Positions 53,899-64,000 of a DNA stretch of 64,000 bases are shown here, one piece after another. The DNA is taken from positions 186,001 to 250,000 of the forward strand of contig JBEWZL010000260.1 in NCBI GenBank assembly GCA_045837725.1, given 5' to 3'. This DNA comes from Vermamoeba vermiformis (lineage: Eukaryota). Position numbers and translations under genes: made by a program. Within the stretch, counting starts at the first letter, position 1. The number at the start of each line of letters is the position of its first letter. A model generated the notes under the pieces. That model was not told where the DNA came from and made no database searches. It saw only the letters and a list, made by a program, of their open reading frames with translations.

Positions 53899-55560
53899 AT
53901 GAGCAACAATTTCAATAATATGAATCCAGTACTCAAACTGGATAGTTCTAATAAACCAAAAGGCATCGTGTCAGCTCCTCCAAGTGCAGCTTTGCTAGTG
54001 TAAGCAGATTGAACAAAAAATATTTCTTTGAAATAATTTAATTTGCTAGCATCGCAATAATCCTCCAAATATTATTTAACTAATATATTTGTTACTGATA
54101 TTCAATTTGATTCTTAGGCAATTGACTGATATGGGATTCGATATTCAACGAGCTTCACAAGCCTTGATTGAAACAAATAACAGACATCTTGCTGCCGCTC
54201 TTGATTGGTACGTTAAGTTACGTTAAATTTCATATTCAAATGTTTTTCAACTTATTTTTGAATTTTCCAAAGGCTTGAAACACATCCAGACTGGGAACCC
54301 AGCCACTCAATTCCACAAGTCGATAGGTTCATAATATAATGCGGTATATCCATGTTAATTCGCAATTTATTAATGTTAATTATTTGCAGTCATCCCCAAC
54401 CAACTTATCATGCACCGACCCCTATGCAGGTCAGGATCATTTTACTAAGCTGAATATTTATGAAATTGTTCATATATATATATATATATAATAGACCCCA
54501 ATGACTATAAGAGCCAATAGTTTGCAAATATTAATGCTAATTACAGGTCGAGGAACCAAAGGTCGAATCGCGTGTTACGCAAGAGGAAAACGAACGACGC
54601 AGAATACACGCGGAAAAAGAACGCAAAAAAGAAATCGAACAAGCAATGCGTGAGAAACGCGAGCGCGAGGCTGAGAAAGAACGTGTTCGTCGTCAACTCG
54701 AAGAGGACAAGAGGGCACGTGAGGCCAAGGTAACTTCGATAACTTTACATGATTGATGGGTGATCGACCTAACGCTTGTGTAGTACAACAATATGCAATT
54801 GCCACAGACTGTTGGTCACAATAACAACGTGCCAGTGCCTGTCGCAAAACCACCCTCCGCGTACACAGATTGTCAGTTGCAAATCAGACTGCCGGATGGT
54901 TCGCAGGTACGCGCACAATTCAAGGCTGATGACAAGTTGACGGACGTGCACAATCACGTGGCCGATAAATTGGGCTCAAGCAACTTCACTCTGATCGTGC
55001 CCTTCCCGCGTAGAGAATTTACCGACACCATGTTGAAAATGACATTGAGAGAAGCAGGTAAAGTCGCTTAAAGTCACGTTGTTATCGTTAGTGTTATACT
55101 AATGTCTGGTGCAAAGAATTGGTCCCGCGTGGCACGTTGACAGTGCTCATGTCAACCGAACGAGGTGTGATTAAGGTGTCAGAAGAGAAGCCAACAGATG
55201 AAGAAGTGAACACAGACAATATGACCTACGAGCAGTTGTTAGAATTGGGCTCGAAGATGGGCACTGTCAAGTCTGGCATTCCCGAGCAATTTTTCAACGT
55301 GTTTCCCGTCTCCGAATTCCAACGTCCTACAGCTGAGAATCCTCCAGTCTACGAGACAAAGTAAGACCTTGCCGAGTACGATCACTATACCAAGCACGAG
55401 TACTAACCGTATCATTAGGTGTCTGATCTGTCAAGGAGATTTCGAGGAGATGGAGAAGATCCGCACTTTGCCTTGCGCGCACAAGTTCCACTTGGTGTGC
55501 ATTGATCCTTGGTTGCGCGACAACAAGACTTGTCCCTTCTGCTACAAGAAGTTGATGTAA
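53899..55560 (+). CDS. UBA-coiled coil-UBX-RING-H2 protein
   Basis: LTDMGFD..ALDWL (UBA); QIRLPDGS..FPRREF (UBX); MTYEQLLEL; CLICQGDF..LPCAHKFHLVCIDPWL..CPFC (RING-H2). Confidence 0.85.
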
Positions 55561-55725
55561 AGTGTGTGATAAACAGGTGACTAGTCCCAATAATTTTGGC
55601 ATCTTGAACACGTGCGATCCCTTTTTTGACCTACGTCAGCACAGCTTTTTTGTTAAAAACAAACACAAACACAGAAACCAAGTAGTATTCTTATGTGTTA
55701 TGGATTAAATTGATGGTGATGCAAT

Positions 55726-56397
55726 ATGGGCGCCCTTTTAAGCAGAATTTCATTCGAAAGTAAACCTCGCACCAAAATTCTCGTAGTAAGCATTAAATAA
55801 GGTTATTATTTGTGCCAATAATTCCACAATATTATTGAGTAATTTCCTTTAATATTTGTAATCAGAATAAATATTAGGTTGGCCTGGATAGCACCGGCAA
55901 AATGACTTTAATGCAAAAATTATCGCCAAATTGCCGATTAGAAGATTTGGATCTATACACTGACACCAGAGAGGTCATTGTTGACGGTATATTATTCGTT
56001 TGTTGGCATCTGGGGTGTTCGATCAAGGTAAATCCTCTGGGGTGCCTTGTACCGCGTACTGATCTCAGACTTGTTTCATGAAACGCAGATATTTCCACAT
56101 CAATATCATCACCTAGACGCCGATGGAATCATTTTCGTGGTGGACTCTGCGGATGTACAAGAGTGGACAATTTCTGAGCTGCCTAGCTTTTTGAAGACCG
56201 AGTTTACCAAGCCTAATATTCCGCTTCTAGTGTTCGCGAACAAAACGGACTTACCAAGCTCGAAGCCAATCAATCAGATCACGGAGAAATATGGATTACT
56301 AAACTTGGATAGACCGTGGCACGTCCAACCTGCACAATTCATCAACGATCAAGGCATAGAAGAGGGCATTAGCTGGCTGAAAAATAGGCTACATTAA
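55726..56397 (+). CDS. Divergent Arf-family small GTPase
   Basis: MG start; ILVVGLDSTGKMT, GIIFVVDSAD, LVFANKTDL, RPWHVQP, GIEEGISWL. Confidence 0.8.
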
Positions 56398-56520
56398 CCA
56401 ATGCAAGAGTTTGTGCAGCTTTTGAGCGGATTTGTTGCCGGAAAAGTAAATAAATGCAAAACTAGGTACTTAAGAGCACTCTTTATTGTTGTTAATATAG
56501 GTTTGGCGCCGGTCATTCAC

Positions 56521-57380
56521 TTAGAGCAAAGCGGCGAAGACGGCCAAGATGGCACCAACGGCAACGGAAACGGATGTGGCGTTAGAAGCTTTAGCGGGGG
56601 CCTTGGTGGGGGCATTAGCGGCGGGAGCTCCGGAAGTGCCGGGAGCAGCAGTAGGAGCGCCTTTAAAGCAACAATTTAGCGTTGGATTAAAGAGTTGGTA
56701 CGTTAACTGCTTACTGCTAGGAGGGATGGTACCGCAGGTGGTTTGAAAGGCAGAATACGGAAGATTTAATATAGTAGTGGTTGCTACGCTGCATTGGCTG
56801 TTCGCAACGTTGGTAAAGCCAACGCAAAGGTCGTCTTCGGCACAAGATAGGAATTGGAGCTTGCCGTTAGCGCAACTGACTGTGACGTTCAATAGCGAGG
56901 GCACAACGGAAATCACAGAACTGGCCCCGATGACAGTATTGCCAGACAATTTATTAGCTGAAGATAATGTTGAGTTCGGATCGAATAGTTCAGAGGCCAC
57001 TTACTAGCAAAAATCTCGTAAGAACCAAAGTTGCAGTTCGAGTTGTTTGTCACCTTGATGACTTGCATTCCTTGCGGAATAGTGGTCGTGGGATCGCCAA
57101 TGGTAGGTGTATTCTCTGGAAGTTTAATCCATGGGGCTCCGCCGCGGGCCCTACATTCAAATCCAGGCAGCCTCTTGTTTCTGGAGTGGATGGAAAGGCG
57201 CTGGCTTGATTCGTCTACGTACTAATTAGAGAGAACGCTTACTAAATATTTAACAAAGAGTACCATGTAAACGGCGAAGGGAGCAGTTGTGCAATTTTTA
57301 TCACCGTACGTAACGATGGTCAATGTTGCATTGGACAGAGCCACAAAGGTTAACGCGATGGCAAACAATTTTGAGAGCAT
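56521..57380 (-). CDS. Small Cys-containing secreted, probably GPI-anchored protein
   Basis: Signal peptide MLSKLFAIALTFVALSNA; Pro/Ala/Thr stalk; hydrophobic tail SVAVGAILAVFAALL*. Confidence 0.75.
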
Positions 57381-57425
57381 TGTGGTTGTTGATGTGAATC
57401 GATTTAACCGAATAAATTGTTATGT

Positions 57426-57529
57426 CCTCCAGATTATTCGAAACGCAATAAATTGTTATTTCCTTTCTAAGGTCGATATCACCCTCCAGATTGTTCGAAA
57501 CGCAATAAATAAATAAATTGTTATTTCCT
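57426..57529. repeat. Short direct duplication upstream of the 57380 gene
   Basis: Two copies of CCTCCAGATT(A/G)TTCGAAACGCAATAAAT..TGTTATTTCCT. Confidence 0.8.
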
Positions 57530-58114
57530 CAAACAATTATTCCCTAATTTGGAAACTTAAAGTTTAGACTTTTTACGATTAGCAAAGCTTACAACTGCAC
57601 TAAAAACGGCAACTTTTACATCAAGATCGTTTTTCGTAGGCAAGCCTGATACCAGCTTAGCAAGCCTGATTACTGAGACTTCAATTATGATCTTAAATGG
57701 ACCCTGCAATGGAGTGACGAAGAGTATCAAAGAGAACTGCACTACCTCGGAAGCGCTTACTTACACCGCTGATACGACATGCAATACTTTCTAAAGACTT
57801 TACACTTGGGCAAGTGGCGTGCGGATCAACTCCAGTAGCACCTCTGTCCACTGCTCCCACTGCTACTACCCTTCAACTTCAGCTCCTGTTGCTAAGAAAT
57901 CGAGTAGCACTTCGAAATAAAGCTTTTTGCATTGTCTTCATTGGTCTTTCGTATCAATTACAATTTCGGCCGGAGTAATGTATTAGGTTTTTAGTATTTG
58001 TTTATAAGACGTTCAGAACTTAAAGGTTAAAAGATTTCCGGATATTATCCGTTAAACTTTGCAATCGTTTCAGATTAATAAATAAGATTGTGCTTCAAAG
58101 CGACTTTATTCATC

Positions 58115-58914
58115 CATAATAATAAATGCTGACTCGTCTACAAACGAAAAAATTGGTGGACTGTACAAGCTTTTGGTTTTATTCGAATGTAGTTTGCAAC
58201 CAATGATTTACAATCTCTGACGGGAGACTTGACTAATTTTTTGCCCGTCTTGCACGATTAAATTGGCGCTGCGGCACTGTGCGCGCAAATCTCTGGCTGT
58301 ACAATTTAAGCTTGTCCATGTCCATGCCGTCTTGCTGTACAAATGGGAGCGAGAACAATAAAAGAAAAGAAAAAAGAAAAAAAAAAATGTGACTTAACAC
58401 CGACCAAAATTAATAAAAACCCGACGTAAGGAAAAAAAAAATTAAATATAATAAAGAAAACGTAAAAAAGAAAAAACTATGGAAGCACGAAGTAAAATTG
58501 TAATAACAAAAGAAAAAAAAAAGAGAAAAAAAGTAAAAAATAAAAAAAAAAGGAAAAAAAAAAAAAGACAGAAACAGAGAAAGTGGGGACAACCTGTGAA
58601 AGAAGAAAGGAAGGAGTAGAGTTTTGGAGGCCCAGGAAAAACCAAGATTGTTGGCTTCTAACGCGCCTTTAGTCACCCATAATAATAATCGCTGACTTGT
58701 CTACAAATGAAAAAATTGATTGGTGGACTGTACAACAAGCTTTTGGTTTTATTCGAATGTAGTTTGCAACCAATGATTTACAATCTCCGACGTGGAGACT
58801 TGACTAATTTTTTGCCCGTCTTGCACGATTAATTGGCGCTGCGGCACTGTGCGCGCAAATCTCTGACTGTACATTTGAAGCTTGTCCATGTCCATGCCGT
58901 CTTGCTGTACAAAG
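58115..58914. repeat. ~230-bp duplication of the MED15-like 3' end separated by an A-rich tract
   Basis: 58115-58343 is nearly identical to 58678-58914, with small indels. Confidence 0.9.
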
Positions 58915-61873
58915 TGGTAGGAAGGCGTGGATTGTGGGTACTTCGTAATATTCGTAAAGTGTAAATACAACGGCGCAACATGTTTGACTAAATAAGGAAA
59001 TTGTTAGAGACGTCTCTCGAGCTTAAATTGTTTTGTACAAAAAAGTAAATTCTGGATTCGGATCCACCTACCTGTACTGAGTTTTAAATAAATAATATTA
59101 TCGATTATCTCTTCTTCAATATCAATATTGTCTAATAGCGCCATGTCTTCTAAGAAAACGGACATTTTGACCATAAATAACTAACGGATAAAAAAAAGTT
59201 AGATGCAGAACGGATTCACATCTGGCCAACTTCTTGACATACCTTACAAAAGCCTAATATTTCTCTAATAATAGATAACAAAGGCTGATTAGCTTTCTTG
59301 CTCTTGCTGATCTTTTCTTTGATGAGGTTGTCGAACGTCTGACTGAACTTATTCGGTACGATTTCAAACGTCGGGAACATGACCGACGCGTCTTTGAACG
59401 CCAAGTCATAATACTAAATATAGTATTAGTTACCATATATGGCAAAAATAACCGAAAGTGCTTTATCTTACAGTTGTAGCGCCTTCATCTTGTGGCTGAC
59501 AATTGACGATCAACTGTCTGTTGCTGCCGAATTCTTCCAGCACCATGATCTAAAAAGACATTAGCCAAATATGGAAATTATTATAGCCGCCTCGGCACGT
59601 ACATTCTCGTCAATAATTTTTGGTGCTTTCCAATACAAGTCTTCAGAAACGAACTTTTTGATGTAGTCTAATGCGTTGTCGAAGATGGTCCTGTACGATC
59701 ACGTGATCAGTTTCTATAAAAGGAAATAACTCTGCCCGAGGTCACTTACGTAGCTAACCGCCGTCTCTTATGCGGAGGTTCGTCTACGGGTGTCGCATCC
59801 ATTGACAACATGACCTCGTCCTCTGTTTTCAGACTGATCAACGCGTGCTCTCGCTTCTTGCTCCACATGTGTTCTAACAACAAAAAATTCGTAAGTACAT
59901 TACGCCATTTAATTAACTCTATCAATGACGTACCCCACCAAAATAATTCTTCGGGCTTATCGCTGACTTGTTTTGCTAGGAGAAAAAATTGTTATTTAAA
60001 TTCGTGGAATTTTAATAATTAATTAATAACTTACCAATAGCTGTAATTTCGAGACTGCCTTTATGACTCATCTTAAAATACTGTTTGATTTGTTTGGCGA
60101 AAGCTGCATCAGGCGCCTCTATAAACCCATCGCGCAGTTAGTATAAAAAACTAGGTGCAAAAAGTTAATTTTTTTTTCGTACCAGTCTTCAAGGTGTCAA
60201 AAAATTGTTCAAAAGAACGCTGCACATTGCTCGTTTGATATCGTACGTTGTTGAACAAGTTCTCAAAAGTCGGTGTTTTCAGTTGTGCTTCTGCTTCAAT
60301 TAATTGCCCTAAAAATGTCGCCAAGTTTTCTTTCGTCATTGCTGCTGACACTGTTTGATTGACAGTGTTGTTCTAAAATTGCCAAATTAGGCAAACTTTC
60401 GTTAATGCCACGAACACTTACGACTTGCAAAACGCGTTTTTTGAATTCTTCGGCTTTCTTATTCGTTGTTTTTTCCATTCGCTTCAATAACAACAACAAC
60501 CAAGTTTTGTACGAGGCCAATGCATTTAGCTGTGCGGATCCACATGGTTAGAACAATATTCTGGGCGATTATAGTAGACGTACTTTAGCGTTGACTTTTG
60601 CTTCGAGTTCTTCCCGAGTAGCGTTCATGCCAGCACCGGGGGTAGGATTGGCAGTGGGCATGCCAGGATTAACAGTGGGCGATGGAACTCCACCACCGAC
60701 ACCAGGGGTCATTGATGGTGCACCGCTCATGGGTCCTGGAACAGTGGGAATATCCTTCTTAGGATCGATGGGTTGTCCTGGTCCTGTACAAAGAACATTA
60801 GTACCAAGTGTCGAGTGAGGTCTTGTGACACGTGTCATTGGACGTACCTCTCGGCATGAACTTTGGAGCGACAGGATTGGGCATGCCGGGGCCTGGTCTC
60901 GGAGCACCAGGGTTCTCAATGATTTGAATGTCATCTGAGGGCGCTGGTGCCACGTGAATAGGTCCAGTCGGGTGACTTAATGTGCTCATTGGCGATTGAT
61001 TTGCCATGTTTGGCCCAGGCACACGAGGCACTGGTACTGGTTGGGGTTGCGGGCTCTTCATTGAGGCCGGTGGGACTTGGCTCATGCCAGCAGGCATGCG
61101 GATCCCGAGGTTGCCAACGGGCTGCACAGTGACAGGTTGCACGGGCACGGCCGCTGGTTGTGTATTCGGACGAGGGCCACCACGACCTGCCATCATGCCT
61201 CCTGGCTGAGCGATAGATACGGGCATTGGATTCATTGCTTGTGGTTGACCTGCACTCGTGATCGCGTTTTGGATCTGTTGTCTTCGAAGTGCAGCCTTTT
61301 CTTCGGGCATCTTCGTCAAAAATTCTGAAATTTTCGAGGTAATTGTATGTACATATTTATCGAGTGCTGGTGATTTGTCTGCAATACTTTGCTCGAATTG
61401 GTAGACCTAAGAAATCAAAATAAAGGGTCAGAATTGAATAGGTACCGCAAAGAAAATTAAATATTAATTAATTAGGACAAAATGATATCGCTCAGAATTG
61501 AGAAAAAGCAGCGCTATTTCAGATGCGTCTAAAAATTAAATTTCGTCTAAATACTCATAAATTGATATTATGTATAATTACCCTTTGCTCTGTATCAGGT
61601 TTTTCAGCTCCTGTTGTTACTATTTGAAAATCCCTCGTCACATCCATCCTAAAAATTAATAATTATTTTAGTATTCGTAACGCAAGATCTTGAGCATTCA
61701 TGTTCCCCATAATTCTTTAATAATATTTATAATTTTGTTGCATCATATATTATTGCTCGATTGGTCTCACAACGGTGATCAGCTTACAAGATCGCGCGTA
61801 ACTTCCCGCGCACATCGTGTGAATGTTGTGAAGCCTTCCAGTCGCCCATTACACCTGGCTTGGCTTGCATCAT
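58749..61873 (-). CDS. Mediator subunit MED15-like (KIX domain, Pro/Gln/Met-rich middle, Med15-type C-terminus)
   Basis: DWK..VRGKL..QFEQSIADKS..YVHTITSKI (KIX-like); low-complexity middle; PLYLHF..KYPQSTP near the C-terminus. Confidence 0.6.
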
Positions 61874-62069
61874 ACTTCCAAAACAAAAAACAAAATGAGT
61901 AGACAGCGCAAAAGTGACGTTTTTATCCTTTTTTTGTTGCGATGAAATTTTTCAGGCCGAAAAGAATCGAATTAATTCCTGATAACCCTTTCCTAATGAA
62001 CGGTGTCAATTCTATTAAATACTTAATACATTTAAAAGAATAACAATGCTTGGGTTGCAAAGTGTACAT

Positions 62070-64000
62070 TTATTTTTTCGGCCGTGCCTTCGCTCTTTCT
62101 AATTCTTCTTTTATAAAATTTATCACTCGGGCATATCGCTCGTCTTCAGGCGATGCAGGTTTACATACATTACTATAAAAATAAATATTAGAACTCATAA
62201 GGAAGTTGGATGGATCTTCGTTTGTTTTCAGATCTTACCGATGGTTCTGGTCGAGCATAAAGAACTTATGATTTTCACCTAAGAATTTTGGATTGGCTGA
62301 ATCTTCATCTACAATCTAAGTCAAGTGATTAGACCAAAACAATAGCCAGATCTTGAACTAGATCTTGTCGTACCTGGTAACACGTGACTGTATGAGTTAT
62401 TGGCGCACCGAAGCATGTGATCGTCTCTCCGAAGCTATTATAACAAAGTATTAATATTATTAAGGGTTAAAATAACTACTAGGCGTAATAATTATTACCT
62501 CAAAGTTGACACGTGAGGAGCTATCTTTGGGAATGCTTCATTGAGTTCCTTTAATCGATTATTTTCGGGACTTAATTCTACCATGGCGGCAGTGCCTCTG
62601 TTAATGTGAAGTATATGTTAGACACTTATAAGTATGAGCAGATCAGCTTCGATAAGTACCTGAAGATGACGTCCAAGTAACCTTTGTCGTAGTACGTCAA
62701 TTTGCTTCCCATATGCGGTGTAGAATAAAATACTACAGCGACGGTATTATCCAAAATATTTTTATATTGCTATATTAAATATGTATTAGTACTTGTGATT
62801 AAGGTTCGAAACTGCAGATCGAGATCGAGATCTACTTACCGGTTCGTTATGTGCAAATAACAACAGTTGTTTAATAACGAGGCCTCCAAAAGAATGACAG
62901 ACAAATACTACCGGTCTTTTGTTTCCGACAGCAGCGAGTTTTAATTTCTCTAAAACAGCGCGTGCTTGTTCAGGGATCGGCAGTGCCGTTCCCGTCCAAT
63001 GTGACAAAAAGATCTACATGTGTTGTTAGATAATATAATATGGCTTATTATCATTGCTATCAATCTTACATCGTAACCAACGGACAGAACACGAGAGTTA
63101 GGCAGATCTTTCGGCAACCAATCTCTCGGCCATGAAACATTGCTGTTCTCTTCTGAACCTCGCCAAGTACTCACAGGATGTCCAGTAATACCATGAATAA
63201 ATCTGCATTTATGAATAAACGGGTCAATATGGATCCGGTGCCTAAAAAGGTAAAATATTTGGATCGAGCTTACACAAAGTCAACTTCAGGCTCGAAGTTC
63301 TTTCGTTCTAACTGTGACGGATCAGGATATAGCAAGTAAATGCCTTCAGCATATTTAGGGCCTTTGAGCTGTACGTCTGCAAGTGTTGCTTGTGTTCGAA
63401 TCGCTTCAGATCTGACCGTCGGATCTTTCGACAATAAACCTTCTCTCAATATGACCTTTAACTCTGACTTGTCTTTTAATGCTTTAGGCTCTACATTGCA
63501 ACATCAATGTTAGTACTTTAACCTTAGTATTAGCCTATCTATAATCTTACCATTGACGGCAAGGTTAGCTATGGCACGCATCATGTACCGTTTTGTTTCA
63601 AGCGTTTGACTCTTGTTAAGCATTACAACTGAATAGAATGTCAATAAATTGTTAGTTTTGAATGCAAATGCTGCTTTACCTGTTTGCCAAAGTTCACTGT
63701 CTTGCGATACAACCCTTTTTGAAATTGCAGCTGTGCGGATAGGGATTAATATTTAAAAAATCCTTATTAATCATAATGAATGAATAAATCATACCGTTTC
63801 TAAATACATTTGAACAGATTCTTGCCACTTGAACTTCAAATTTGGGATCGGTAAAAGTAGAAAGAGTGTTTCTGCTGACAATATCATGATCAGCTACATC
63901 CTCATCTTCTTCAATTAACCGCAGTATATCATTGGCCCCTTTTTGTGCAGGTTGCGTTGCATTTTTCGGCTGCGTTCTGAATTGCTTGATCAGCTGAAAC
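62070..64000 (-). CDS. SERAC1: SERAC1-like alpha/beta hydrolase with upstream ARM-like region (5' end outside window)
   Basis: FIHGITGHP..TWR, WPRDWLPKDLPNSRVLSVGYD, VFVCHSFGGLVIKQ, FYSTPHMGS, DQNHR.VCKP. Confidence 0.85.

Noticed and set aside
57640-57920. Coding-like Thr/Ser/Cys-rich segment on the + strand
   Set aside because: Interrupted by stops, no clear start and no recognisable homology; at most a decayed fragment.
58410-58676. Phe-rich minus-strand ORFs
   Set aside because: Translation of an A-rich low-complexity tract.

Overview
Compact, AT-rich, intron-rich eukaryotic nuclear DNA with short GT-AG introns and the standard genetic code. Gene content suggests a free-living phagotrophic protist, probably amoebozoan (inference). 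I can assemble about 33 multi-exon genes by hand; exon boundaries are manual. Housekeeping genes: RPB5, mevalonate kinase, SNU114/EFTUD2, MPP-alpha/QCR2, MINDY deubiquitinase, MED15-like, SERAC1-like, Xi-class GST. There is a selenoprotein F gene with an in-frame TGA and a canonical SECIS, plus an intronic tRNA-Val. Best leads: (1) a tail-to-tail pair of bacterial-type trehalose genes, an intact TreS and a GH15 trehalase homologue that has lost much of its active site; (2) a PD-(D/E)xK nuclease-kinase fusion of Crinkler-effector type; (3) a UBA-UBX-RING-H2 fusion; (4) a Cox9/COX6C-like tail on a ~270-aa helical extension; (5) two tandem GPI-type surface proteins with different repeat linkers and gene-conversion patches; (6) a possible pseudoknotted RNA element. 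Several single-base frameshifts, one in essential SNU114, suggest residual assembly errors.
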